Positions 1 to 12,115 of a DNA stretch of 64,000 nucleotides are shown here, in pieces. The first letter of the stretch is position 1, and the number at the start of each line of letters is the position of its first letter. Below the pieces are notes generated by a model that saw nothing but the letters and a program-made list of their open reading frames with translations, did no database searches and had not been told where the DNA came from. Location: contig NW_003314322.1 in the NCBI RefSeq assembly GCF_000143415.4, positions 435,430 to 499,429 of the forward strand, read 5' to 3'. A program made the position numbers and the translations under genes. Source of the stretch: Selaginella moellendorffii. Taxonomy: Eukaryota; Plantae; Lycopodiophyta.

Positions 1-887
1 CTCAAAAAAGTGTAATATACAAATGCAACCTTATGATGACTTCAAATATGCTTCAAGGATTGGCCAAAATTGAGAAAGAAAGAGAGGTAAAAGAAGGGAT
101 GTATTGCCCAAGGGTGGTGTAGAAATGATGAAGGATGGAGTGATATGGTGGAGTGCTTAGATGGTGGTGGCACTTTGAGAAGGTGGCCATCTCTGAAAGT
201 GTTAAGCCCATAGTCTGACGTGTCAGACTAAAGAAACTAGTAGTTGAAAAAGATGGCATAGTCGCTGAATTGCTGGTAAAGAGAGGTGGCATGTGTCCAC
301 TGAGTGTTGGAGCAGGAGAAAGTGGCTCCAGCTTTTATAGCCTTGTCTAAAGATCCACCTAGGTGCCTTGAGTGAACAGGTTCACCTGGTTGGAAGAAGG
401 TCGCTCTAGAAAAACTACCACGTCATTGGCAAATGGTCGTAATGATATCTTGAAAATAGCACATCCAAATGATGTGGTGTCTTCTGCTGCTGGTGCATGT
501 ACATGTATCTGTGGTATGGTGTAAATATGACCTCAAACAAAAATGTGGATGATGGTGAAAGAATGAAAGATACAAGATAGGCATCTAGAGGTAAGTGTGG
601 GCAATGCTATTGGGAGTGATTGGTGATGGATCTATGAGTGTAGATGATATGGAATGGGTGTGGGGAATGTGTGGTAGAGTAATGGTAAGGGAAAGGCCAA
701 AAAACCTAGAACATAGACCGAGCCAAGTGAGGAACATCCATACAAATAGTAATGCAACCTAAGCATAAAATCCAAGGCAAGAGCCATGGTCTAATGTAGA
801 AACACCCTCTGAAAGTAATAAAAGAAGTTATGAAAGTAAAGTGAAAGAAAGGAAGCAAAAGAGAAAAAAGAGAAGAGGAACTCCTCA

Positions 888-1169
888 TCAGATGAAGCGT
901 TTGAGGTGAGAGTGGTTGTGAGCGTATGGGAGCTCACATCCATCAGCATCTACTAGCACGTATGCTCCACCTCCACTATGGAGTTGGACAAAGTAGGGGC
1001 CGGTCCAGCAATGACAAAACTTCAAAGGTGGCAAAGGAGAAAACATTGTTGTTGAACTCAGGGCCTTTGTCCCTTGCTCTTTGACTGTTCCAACATCTGA
1101 GAAGGTTGGCAGATAACTCCTTTCTTGCAAAACATAGAGCTGGGGTCGAGTTAAAGGTGGTTGTGCCAT
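888..1169 (-). mobile_element. Degenerate Ty3/Gypsy integrase C-terminal fragment
   Basis: ORF contains WTGPYFV...GAYVLVDADG...HNHSHLKRF, resembling the GPY/F module at the end of Gypsy integrases; no intact upstream frame. Confidence 0.55.
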
Positions 1170-2329
1170 AACTTGTAGATCTAAGTCACTAGAATCTACC
1201 GAGGATGAAGAAGACTTGACTTGAGAAGGTACCTTGTCATACCTAAGCTGCCTTTGGATGCCAAAAAGTTTACTCCATACTTTAGAGCCTTGAGATATTG
1301 TAAAAGGGAGCCAATTTGCTACATGCTTAGTCTATACTAGCATCAAATACCTTGAATACTACATTGGTAACCCCTTGCTCTTGCTCCTATTCTAGCACCT
1401 ACTTGAGAGCCAACTCCTCCTGTGCCTACTTCAACACCAACTTCTACTCCTACTCCTTGAAGGTTGCTTCTTTCCCAAGAAACTCTCATCAAAGTTTAGC
1501 CCAAAAGAGAAAAATGAGTACTTTGGTCTCGATCTTTTACCATTTTGACTGTAAGGAGGTTTGTTAAAAAGAGCTTAGCCCCATCTACCACACTACTCCA
1601 AGAATTTGTGATGAAAACGCCTTAATATCCTATGAGATCCAAGAAAACATAGCTCAGAACACCAATTTTGTGGAAAAATATATATATATCACTAATCCGG
1701 ATCAATACCAAGGCACTGTTAATATTTTCAGAAAGCCTAGGACCAGAAGCACTTTCAGAAACATATGGCATCCAAAACAAAGCTTGGAGAAGCATGAATT
1801 TCTATTGTAAATATGCCCTTATTTAGCCAGAGAAGAATAACCTTTTACATGCCACAAATTCTCCCAAATCCAACACCAGAAATCACTTCTACTTATAGAT
1901 CTAAATCTACAAACCCATGTCTAGAGAAATTGGGCTGAAAATCTAGACAAGAAAAGAGAAACTAAAATGTTCACTCAATTGAGCCAAAAAACATTGTATC
2001 TCCTCAAATATTGCAAGGCTTGTACCTTGCTGGAAAGAAGAGTTTAAGACCTATCCAATGCACCTAAAATCAAGCAAAACTGCTGCAAGTCAAACAAGAA
2101 ATTGCTCCTAAAAGTCTATGGCTCAAAGAAAAAGAGGAAAATGATGCAATAGAAAGCATTGCATATCATGCCGGATTCACTATTTGTTGGGGGAACGAGG
2201 GGGCACCTCCCCCAATGCTTACTCAAACATGAAAAATGCTCCAATGCTCTTCACAAATGCCCCCTCCTCCCCTTTGGCCTTGTGGGGCAAGGATTTTATA
2301 TAACGAAGATAGGGAATATTTTGAAGATC

Positions 2330-2582
2330 AAAATAGACTCCTTTTTGGACTCATTCCTGACATTTCCATGTGTCATGACACTTGCCATGTGTCAATCCTT
2401 CTTATATCCCTTTTTAGAGACTTATTCACCAATTACTTTGTTCAGAGTTTCACTCCTACTTTCGACCTTCTAAGTTGGAGCTTTTGGTCAAAACATGTAA
2501 TGCTTGTTAAACTTCTACTTTGACCATTATCATGTGGCTTCCTTTTAGGTCCACTTTAGGGCATAGGGATTTGTGTCTCACA
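2330..2582. mobile_element. Degenerate LTR end, same family as the LTR at 55192-56855
   Basis: 2430-2582 aligns by eye with 56710-56855; both end ...tagggat(t)ttgtgtctcaca. Confidence 0.7.
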
Positions 2583-3327
2583 CAAGTAACTTCATAAACA
2601 CATTTCTCATTATCATATGGATATAATATAAAAATCACAATGACTTAATCATCAACCGAGTAATACCATGAACAAGCCTATATTATTATTTCAAAAGTTT
2701 ACGTGAGTATCAAGTGCCAACTTGATTTAATAAAATGCAATATAAATGCCACACCCCACCGATAAAAATTTATAACACTGAACACCACCAACTTTATTCA
2801 CAACATGGACAAACTCATGCCACTCTCTATCCAACTAAACTCAAAATTAATCCAACACCAAACTACTAATTCACAACATCCACATTTCGCAATACTACAC
2901 TCACAACAATGCTACTTTAAGTCTAGTAGCGTTGGGAAAAGGATTTGGCTTACAATATCACTGACCTGGCCAATTGAAGCAGTGCCCCATGTCCAGCCAT
3001 AGTTAGGACCAAGGTACTTGTAGGTGGTTACCTGAAGTAGCTCATGTCTCTGACCACAGCAAAGGGCATGCTCTGTGATTTATTAAGGTTGACACTGAGG
3101 GGCAGGGTTTTCAGTCGTTGCTAGTAGGTCATCCCGTGAATATGAGAGTGTGGGCTTCTAGAATATTTTGAAAGCATCCAAAACTTCAAACAAGGCTTTT
3201 GATGAGAAGAACTAGCTAGAGGTATTTGGAGACATCCAATTAATGCTTGCAGTTGCAAGTGAACAAATTAAGTATATCTGTACGGTAAAGTAAAACGATA
3301 AGAACCTCATTGTAAAATTAATAATAT

Positions 3328-4876
3328 CTATTTTCCACGTCTCTCTCTCACCTGATCTTTGCCTCTATTGCGCTCACGGTAATCCCTCTCTTTGTACCTA
3401 TCACTGTCATACCTTTCTCGGTAACTTCTACGTTGACCCTCGTCACTGCTGCGAGCGCCATTGTGATCTTCTTTGTTGCGTTTGTCCCTTCGAATCTCTA
3501 CGTACCCTAGATCTTCTTTGTCCCAGCCAACGGTACCTAACGACTGACCTGGAGCTTCACCTTGTTTAGACTTGAGGCGAAACTTTTTCTTGAGGTTGCC
3601 AAACTCGTCGTACATTTCACCGTCGTCCTGCGCGCAAGGTGACGTGTATAGAAAATGAGACGAAGCGTGCGTACCTCCTCCAACTCTTTTCGCCGGCGTT
3701 TCGTCTCTTCAATTTCGGCTTCATCGAACTCTTTGTAGCCACCCGCGCGCCCTTCCCTGCCGCAGATGATAGGGGGAGTAAAGCACAAGGTTGACAAAAT
3801 TTTACTTACCGGACACCACCTTCCGTGTGGCCTGGCTTGGTCGTGTTACAAATGTTGCACTTGGTCCGTTTGGCCCAGTTGGTATTTCCACACCTAAGAT
3901 ACCAAACAAGGACAAACCGTGAGAATGAGGAGACGAGCAAAGCAGAGAGCTGACATTGGGCAACTCCAGTCATTTGGGCCGAAAATACTGCCGCGTCCAC
4001 CACGGCCGGCGGAGTCGGCACCACGTCCTCTGCCACGCCCACCTCCACCCCCTCCACTCCCACTCGACGGCCGTGATGCGCCACAGCGGTTGCAGGAGCC
4101 TCGAAACGCAAAGTTTATGTTCCCACAACTGGCAGACCAAGGCACGGCCAAAGGATAAGAAAGTAGCAAGGCAGCAAGCGCGCAGAGATGGATGCATAGC
4201 CACCTATACTTCCCATGCACAGAGACAGAGACAGAGACAGAGACAGAGAGAGAGAGCTGATTGAGCTGCTCACCAAGTTCAACAGACCTTGGATTTGGAC
4301 ATGGCCAATCCCCTTCCTGTTGCCAGCATTTGGCGCTCGCAGCGGCGTCACCACCACGTCCACGTCCTCTGCCGCCATCAGCCGCCGCATCGGACGCGAG
4401 CTCGCCAGCGCCACCAAGCCCGTCACCCACCTCTGGGGCGGCAGGCGGCAGTGGTAGTGGAAGAGTGGGCTCCGCAAGCACCAGGAGTTGCTGCTCAGTG
4501 GCTGCGTCTCTCGCCTTGGACTCGGCAATGGAAACTCGAATCAAGTTCCCGTGGAACTCCTTGTTGTCAAACCATTCTACGGCGGCCGAGGCAGCATGTG
4601 GATCTTCGTAAGTGACAGTGGCATCCCCCTTGGGCTCATTGCTGGCCTTGTCACGGTATATCCAGATCTTGGGCCGTCCGTGCCGCTTGTCCTTCTGCAC
4701 GCACCGCTACCGCTCAACTTAAAGAGGAAAAAAGCCCGTCCGCAATGCACTGTGCCTACCTTGATGACCCCAATCTGTCCAAAGTGCTCTGCCAGCAGCG
4801 CCTCATCGGTCCCGGCAGGCAGGTTACAGACGTAGACGGAGCTGGTCGCTTGCGGGCCTCCCCGGAGCCCGATCAT
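3328..4876 (-). CDS. TAF15: TAF15/FUS/EWS-family RNA-binding protein (RRM + two RanBP2-type zinc fingers), multi-exon
   Basis: RRM SVYVCNLP...PKGDATVTYEDPHAASAAVEWF; zinc fingers [25 protein letters not shown] and NDWSCPM-CGNTNWAKRTKCNIC; RGG linkers; C-terminal MYDEFGNLKKKFR. Confidence 0.92.
4219..4257 (+). repeat. (AGAGAC)n/(AG)n microsatellite in a TAF15 intron
   Basis: Direct inspection. Confidence 0.85.
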
Positions 4877-5113
4877 GGTGCCGCGCCGCGCCGCGCCCCG
4901 CCCCACCCGCCGCTGCCCTAGGAGTGTCTCTAGGGTTCCTATCCCGTTTTGCTACTCAAGAAGATAAAACAACACTGTCTGCGGTGGTGCATCTTCTCCC
5001 CCCTCCGCGCTTTCTGTGTCTAGGTAGCTATAGCAAGACATGCCGTCAAGAAATGCCGTTTTGATTTAACTTGCTACCGCACTGTGCCGTGGGGGCTCAA
5101 GAAAGGTGGTGAC

Positions 5114-5878
5114 ATGCCTGAGAAAAATACAAAGGTTTGTTCCACAGTAGCTCTCCAACCTTTGTTGTGTAAATCTAAGCAGGCACATGGAGATGCAGCG
5201 GCTTTTTTCAATTCCAGTCTTCCAAGAAGGGTTGACATCCTTGTCCCAAATGCAACATTGCCACAAGAACCAAAGAACCCACGCAAAATGCTAGATGCCA
5301 TCACTGCTTTGCTTCATGACGAAATCAAGACCAGGATTGTAAGTGGCTTTTAGTTGCCAAAGTAAGCATAGTATTGAGCGGGTGGCTGGAATTTCAGCAT
5401 GAGCTGAATGCAACTATTGAGCCACGGTTTGGTAGCTTTGAGCGTGCTCTTAAGAGAGCAAGAAAGAAGATGGAGGCAAGTCGTGCTAATCCGCTCCGCT
5501 GGCAGTATTTATGTTGCAATCTTATCAGGCTCAGCTCAGTGGCGCGGAGAGACGCATCCGTCTTCTCGAGGACGTGCTCAATGTAACGTCAGTTGAGTGG
5601 TGGCGTCACTTGTCACTCTTCATGTTGCAGGAGCGGCTCCGTGGCACAGAAAAGAAGAGCGATGAGGGCGGTTCTCGCCGGCTTGATCATGAGCATCACC
5701 GTCGTGTAAGTTCGTTCTCTCTTACAGATATTGGTATGTTGGCACTTTGTGGGCAGAGAGAACTGAGTACCCCAGAGTTGATTGCAACGGTGCGGGCGCG
5801 GTGCAACAAGACCAACGAGGTAGTTCCATATTACACACGCAGAGGCTGATTATATGCTCCATGCAGCTGTTGGTTTGA
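5114..5878 (+). CDS. Uncharacterised small coiled-coil protein, multi-exon
   Basis: Short exons joined in phase by GT-AG introns: MPEKNTK/AHGD...KTRI/HELN...KKME/...LQSYQAQLSGAERRIRLLEDVLN/ERLR.../RELSTPELIATVRARCNKTNE/LLV*. No recognised family; start uncertain. Confidence 0.5.
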
Positions 5879-5910
5879 GGTGACGGCGGGGGCAGCGGCG
5901 CTAGAGCGAG

Positions 5911-6604
5911 TCAGGTAACGAACTTTTGGCACCTGGTGTCATTGTGGACGGTTTGGCAGTGGCAGGAGCAGAAGCGAGCAGCGCAGCGTGGGCATGTGTA
6001 GTTTGCACTGTAGCCACACACCGCGCAAAAGTGACGCCTCGACGCCCGGCTTGGCGGCCCAACGCCAGCCCTCACGTACGACGGGACATGAGGCGGCAAC
6101 GATTCCCCCAGGTTGGCCTAGCGAGAGAGAGCACGCCATGAGAGATTGAGGTGTGAGAGACACCCACCACATACCTCTTCAAGGAGGTCGAGGAACGACT
6201 TGGGCCCTTTGCTGGCACTCCTCTCCAACGCCAAGGATTGCCTCGTCTTGCGCTTGCTTCCTTTGGGTGGTCGCTTGTGGACGAACACTGGAGTGCGCAA
6301 CATTGAGAGCGTGACAAGGGCAGGAGAGAGAGAGAGAGACCACCTGCATCGTCGTCGCCCATGAAGTCATCGTCGTGCTGAGCCTCGGAGGCAGCAGCCG
6401 CGACAGCATCCATTGCAACGTTGTCATTCTCGAGCGCGTCCAGGCGAGCTTGGATGGCCTATACACACATGGGATGAATGCCAAGGGGAGACTGACTACC
6501 TGTTGCCTGGCGTTTGGGTCGAGCAGAGCCTCCTCGAGCCTGACGCCAAGCTTCCGGATCCTGGTGGACGACCTGCGCGGAGTGGCCGCATCCTCGACCT
6601 CCAT
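5911..6604 (-). CDS. SWC6: SWR1 complex subunit 6 (SEF/Vps71/ZNHIT1-like), HIT zinc finger
   Basis: RRSSTRIRK; ARLDALENDN; KSFLDLLEE; PSYVRAGVGPP; C-terminal CAVCG...CPRCAARFCSCHCQTVHNDTRCQKF. Confidence 0.92.
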
Positions 6605-6611
6605 CACAAGG

Positions 6612-6620
6612 AAACCCTAA
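6612..6620 (+). promoter_or_regulatory. Telo-box (AAACCCTAA) in the 20-bp divergent spacer between SWC6 and thiM
   Basis: Exact motif between ATG 6604(-) and ATG 6625(+). The telo-box is an established plant promoter element; function here is inferred. Confidence 0.6.
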
Positions 6621-6624
6621 GGCA

Positions 6625-7517
6625 ATGGCCAGCTTCCGGGACTTGAGCCGGGCGTCGTGGGGCAGTGAGGCGTGGAAGGCGCTGATGCGGGTGCGCGATG
6701 CCGCTCCCGTGGTGCAGTGCATCACCGATTTCTCGGCGTCCATGGAGCTCATGGCTAGCGCTGTCATGGCGACTGGAGCAAGCCCGGCCATGGTGCATGC
6801 CGTGGAAGAGATCCGCGAGTTCACGGCCAGCCGGGCCAATGCCGTGTGCATCAACGTGGGAACGCTGTCGCCCGAGTGGCTCTTCTCCATGAAGGTGGCG
6901 GCTGCGCAGGCTGAGGAGCTCCAAAAGATATGGGTGCTGGATCCAGTGGGCGCTGGTGCCACCAAGTTTCGCACCGCCAAGTGCCTGGAGCTGATCAACC
7001 TGCGGCCCACCGTCATCCGGGGCAACCAGATGGAGATCATGGCCCTCGCCGGGGCCTCGGCGTCGCCCAACAAGGTAGAGCAATAGCTAGCAGCATCTCG
7101 TAACTTGTCAAGTCTTCCCCCTAGGATGGCTCCAACCCCACCAGCGATGGCCTCGAGGCTGCCAAGGAGCTGGCGCGCATTTCTCAATCCATCGTCTGCG
7201 TGTCAGGAGCCATGGACCTGGTGACCGACGGCAAGCGCGTGCTGGGCGTGAGCAACGGCGTGCCCATGATGCACAAGATCACAGCATCCGGGAGTGCCAT
7301 GACTGGCCTCATTGCGGCCTTCGTCTCCGTCCACCCGCCCCCCCGGGCCCTCGAGGCTGCTGCCTTCGCTCTCGCAATCTTTGGCCTCGCCGGCGAGCTG
7401 GGAATGGAGAAAGCCAGCGGCCCCGCCTCGCTCGCCATGCATCTCGTCGATGCACTTCACCAGCTCGCTTCCGAGGAGTCGCTGGTAACATCGCGCATCA
7501 AGATTGGCCAGATCTAG
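6625..7517 (+). CDS. thiM: Hydroxyethylthiazole kinase (ThiM family), one intron ~7074-7124
   Basis: PVVQCIT...GASPAM...INVGTL...WVLDPVGAGATKFR...IRGN.MEIMALAG; VSGAMDLVTDG...NGVPMMHKITASG...GPASL...DAL. Confidence 0.9.
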
Positions 7518-7835
7518 CTGATCTCTCCTCTTCTAAAGAAAACCCACATATATAACTTATATAAAATCCACAGTCTCCGGCTCCTTCACATAGGTACAAG
7601 GAAAAGGCTGTGTTGCGTCCTCTATACATTTCACATGTACGTATGTACCTCTTCCTCTTTGCCTCCGTCTCCGAAAAATTGAAGGCCCGGCTGCCGGCGC
7701 GTCGCGTCGTCTCGCTTCAAAGCCCACTTTACCGATGGATCCAAGCTGCCTTCTCAGCCGGCCTCGCACCCGGCTCATCACAGCAGCACCGCATGCATGC
7801 TGGTTGTCCGCCCGTTTGTGAGTTAGATAGTACAC

Positions 7836-9726
7836 TCATCCTGCAGTGCACTCAATCAGGTGCCCACACGACAAGCAGGCAGGCGTGGCTTACCTGTTTT
7901 CTGAACCGCAACCCACACCTGCTTCTGCACGTAGCACCAAGAACAAGAATGAGCCTTTGGCACCGACATAGAACCCTACCTCTGTGCAGCCGAAGGGTGT
8001 TGACGCTGCACCTCCCCTCTTGGCAGCCACATGCTCAGAGTCTCTAGGACCCTTCCGACGAAATGCACCTGATGAAGCAAAGCCAGCGAGTTAAACAAAT
8101 CAAACCACCGGCTAAGGCTTGTCTACCGTTTTCAACAGCACCATTTCTCCCGTCCGTCTCGTTGTCAAGGTCGCTTCCCAGCCGGGGCCTGGTGTCGCAC
8201 TTTACATCTCCAGGATCACCCTCTGCACGTGTGCGGAGCGTGATAAACAAGCAAGATGAAGATCTCAACGTCTCACCAGAATCCATGGAATCCAGGCGTC
8301 GACGAGGGGTCCAAACAGGACGGTCAGGCCGATCCTTATTTCTCAGCCTCCGACCATCCGTTGTTGCGCTAGAATCTGCTTCCGCCACGGATTGCCTCGC
8401 AGCCTGCAACTTGGACGCCCTGTAGCCCGAATGCTTGTACGTTGAAGGCGACTGCCCAGGAGATACCGGGGGGCGCCCACGTGAATTGTATCCGGAATCC
8501 TGCAAGGCTTGCTCTCAAAACCCACTGCAGGAAGACAAGACAGCTTACAGTCTTGTCCTTGATCGGCCTACGGGTGTGTCTTAGCGCATCTGAGTCCACC
8601 GGCTTGGGATCACCCTCGCCTGCACGTGAAGAATGTTAACAAAGATCTCAGTAACTCCGCTTCAACCTGCTGGTGTTTCATCTGCCTCTTTATAATGACC
8701 ATTCTCGTCCCCTGCTTCGCGGTTCTGCTTCTTTTCCTTGAACTCCCGTTTCTTGTGTTCCCGGCGCACATACGTGGGGGAATCTTTGGCATCTGCTGGC
8801 GGCTGAAAGCACACCCGTAAGTCACAGACGTAATTGCACAAGCGGCAATCATTACCACAGCCTTTCCCTTATCACCACGCTTCTGGATGACGAAGCCCGA
8901 AGGTGGAGGCCCCATGATAGAACCAGCGCGAAATCCTGCTTTTGCTGCTCTCTGTGCATGAAGTGTAAGAGTGTCCGCTAAAGCAGATCAATGCAATCTC
9001 TACCTGGGCAGACTTGGCTGCTCGTTTCTGGCGGACATACTCCATCAAGGGCGTAACTATAACACCTTCTCTGGACGAGCCTGGGAACAAAAGGCACGGT
9101 ATAGTGTTCGCATGAGAATCACATGAAGAAACCTGGCCTTTCCAGCTGGACATCGGCACTCGGCAGAAGCTCGGCTGCTTTACCCAACGTGTCCACAAAC
9201 TCCAAGTAATCCGGGTCTGTCCAGCAGTGTCGCAACACAAATGCCTTGTCAATCGAAAGGTGAGGTACCTCTCAGGATGCTTCCTTCGCGACCGTCCTTC
9301 TTCACTCGCAAATCCGGCACGCGTTGGTAGGGTGCGTACTCCACCATGGCTTTATACTGCGAGCCTGCAAGCTTGACCATTTGGTAAGACCGTGAAAAGG
9401 AGGCGCCCCCACCTTTCTCGTTCACAAAGACATGTCCATGGAAATCCTCATGGAAAGCAAGCACGTCCTCTGGCCTCTCGAACTCGATATAGGCGCGAGA
9501 GTGGATTTGGTTTCTGTGGCTGCAAAAGAAAGGAGGAACCTCTAAACCAGCTCAAGGGAGAAAGCAAACGCGGAATTGGGACTCACGTCGATTTCCCAGG
9601 CCGGAACAGCATCCACAGGTAAGGCCTGGCAAACCTGGTTTGGATCCGAGACACCAAGGCGTCTTCCGAGAGTGTGGGAGGCAGGCGGCGGACCACAACC
9701 TTGGTTCGCGACAGGGGATCCCTCAT
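7836..9726 (-). CDS. UPF3: Nonsense-mediated decay factor UPF3, multi-exon (3' end approximate)
   Basis: MRDPLSRTKVVVRRLPP; SRAYIEF; FHGHVFVNEKG; AMVEYAPYQRVP; KDGREGSI; VTPLMEYVRQKRA; RNKDRPDRPVWTPRRR; C-terminal QKQVWV. Confidence 0.9.
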
Positions 9727-9943
9727 CGCACACACGCTACTGCTCTGCCACTCTTGCTGCTTGGCTAGCAGTGATGAGTAAGCTCCCGCCGCCGCATACG
9801 CTCCCTTGGCCTGCCACTGCTTCTTGTCGCGCTCCCGACCCATCCTTCGGCGGCATCGTCCCGCTCCAAAACCCTAGCCCTTCCCCTACACTCTCAAACC
9901 CTAATCCCCTACTTTTATCTTTTGCGAGTCGAACCCTTTGTTT

Positions 9944-11976
9944 CTACACAACAACGTTTATCTCCCCGATTATATTGACGAGCCTGCCGCTGTAGAGGCG
10001 GGACAGGGCCTCCTCCACGCTGCGCTTGAGCTCTCGCGTCTTGGAGACGAGCTCTTCCTGATGCCAACCCATGCACACGCACAAGCACGGTCAGATTCTC
10101 GTGTGTGAGCCGCCGGAGCGGCACCTACCTGCTTGGGCCATGACGACGACAAAGCGTTCCGAAGCTCCACCTTCTTGTGCTCTACATCCCTCAAGCTGTT
10201 GAGACACTTGGCCTCGCTCTGTTTCTTCTCCTTGAGTGACGCCTCTAGCCTGTCCACAAACCTGCAAAGCAAATCCAAGCAAGCCGTCGCCCACAAAATA
10301 CGCGCTACCCGTACCTCTCCGACGTTAACATGAGCACCAAGTCTCTCGTCCTGCTGCTCGTCACCAAGTCCAGCGCTACGGAGATGTCGCCCCCCATTTC
10401 TTTCAAGACCTGGGAGCTGTATTGCGGTAAAGACGCCGAGGCAACTGCCTGTATCTGGCTCTGCAGTGCTGCTGTCGCACTGTTGTCCAGCTCCTCCACT
10501 CTCTGAACAAGAAATGCTCTCACCTGCAAAACAAAGCAAAGCTTTTGCACGTTAATACACGAGAAACAAGCCAAGGGGCTCACCTCAAGGAGATCACTCA
10601 GAAGATTGTTTCGATACTGGGAGTCCACCAGGCGACAAAACGGAGCAAGAGAAGAGCCATAGCCTTGGACTGCCGAACCAGCCTTTTCGAATCCCAATGG
10701 ATCCTCGTGACCTTCAGCACCCTGTTCCACGTCAATATCCCACACGATTCCCGCGCTCTCCTCGTTGTCGTCACACTTGGACTCCACTAGCCTTGTGTCG
10801 GCCAGATCTATATCCCATTGTATCTCGTCAGTTTCCAGCTGAGTAGCAGCCTCAGGTAGCTGGCCACACTGGACGCCTTGTGCGCCAGGCACTCCTGCTG
10901 CAGGATCAGTGTTATCATGGGGAGGAAAGTCGGTCCCGACCTCCAACGGAGTGTCCCGAACATCCTTCAAAGCTGCCAGAAGGACCGAGCCTTGAACCTG
11001 CAAGGGCGGCGGCGAAATGAGAAGAGCAAGCGTTGCAAGCGCTTTTCACCTGAGCGTGCGTGTGAGCAAACGAGGCATAGACCTCATAGAGGTGCACGGC
11101 GTCATCAACTCTGCGACGACAAAGGATGTCCTTGAGAGTGGAGAGAATCCCAGGCAAAGAGCTGACGCTGGCCAAGAGCTCGCTCCTCACGTTCACTCCC
11201 TGGCACATCGAATGTCAGCCACAAGCGAGGGCGGCGGGAACACAAGTTACTGCGATGCCAAGCTCCCGGCAGGCGTGTTGGTACTTGGAAGCCGATGCAA
11301 GGGCATTGCGCTTGAACTCGGCCTCTTTACGCTCCAGGTCTGCCAGCTGCTGTTGCAGCCTGGCGATCTGCTTCTTTACAAAGGGGCTGCGACGCAAGTC
11401 AGTGGTGGAGCAAAGCTGCTGAGGCTTACATGTCGTAATTCACGTTGTGGAGCATGAGTTGCGCGGCCTCGCCCAGATAGAGATTGTCTTTCTCGTAAGC
11501 ATGCACAATGGCGTCCCATTCCCTCTGCGTGGAAGGTGAGAAGTGTAGCTAGAGTGCATTCCCATACCCCTGGACCGGACGCGGCTAGCCGGGCAAAGAC
11601 ACCCTTGTCTGGTTGGGCGGCGCTTGTGCTGAGGGCGATGTCCCGGATCCTGCGTGCTTCCAGGTATCCCACAGCTGCCATGCCACCGAGGAGAGAGCCT
11701 GTCAAAGGGCGGGGGGGAGTGCGACGGATATACTCACACTCTGGGCTCAAGCTCAGCAGCCATGGGTCGCCCTGCTTGGGCAGGCGAGCAAACGCCGGGG
11801 CGATTCTGGCACGGACCTGCGCGAGTTTCTTCCTCCACTCGCCATGCATCCAGCGGCGATCAACGAGCCAATCTGCGCGCGCAGCCAGCTAGTGGGTCAA
11901 GCAGAGGGCTCAGAGCGTACGCACCCGCTAGCTTGGCGTAGGCGATGTCAATGGGCAGCTCGCGCGATCCATCCAT
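9944..11976 (-). CDS. CDK5RAP3: CDK5RAP3/C53 (UFMylation/ER-phagy-associated protein), multi-exon
   Basis: [16 protein letters not shown]; [12 protein letters not shown]; [13 protein letters not shown]; [16 protein letters not shown]; C-terminal [17 protein letters not shown]. Confidence 0.9.
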
Positions 11977-12115
11977 CCCTGCTTGCCTTGCCCTAGGCCT
12001 AGGTGTAAGGGGAGGGGGGGGTCCTGTTTTTAGGGTTGCGCAGGAATGCGGGGGCGAGCTGCAAGGGCAGGGCGGACACTTCTCGGTAGCTGAGACCGGC
12101 GGGCTGCCCAGTTTC

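Noticed and set aside
6625-7517. thiM, YebC and DUF819 as bacterial horizontal transfers or contamination
   Set aside because: All have spliceosomal introns and belong to families normal in land plants.
7517-7830. Possible TPP riboswitch next to a thiamine gene
   Set aside because: No CTGAGA / CCTGA...GCGxAGG signature seen; plant TPP switches are known from THIC/THI1, not thiM.
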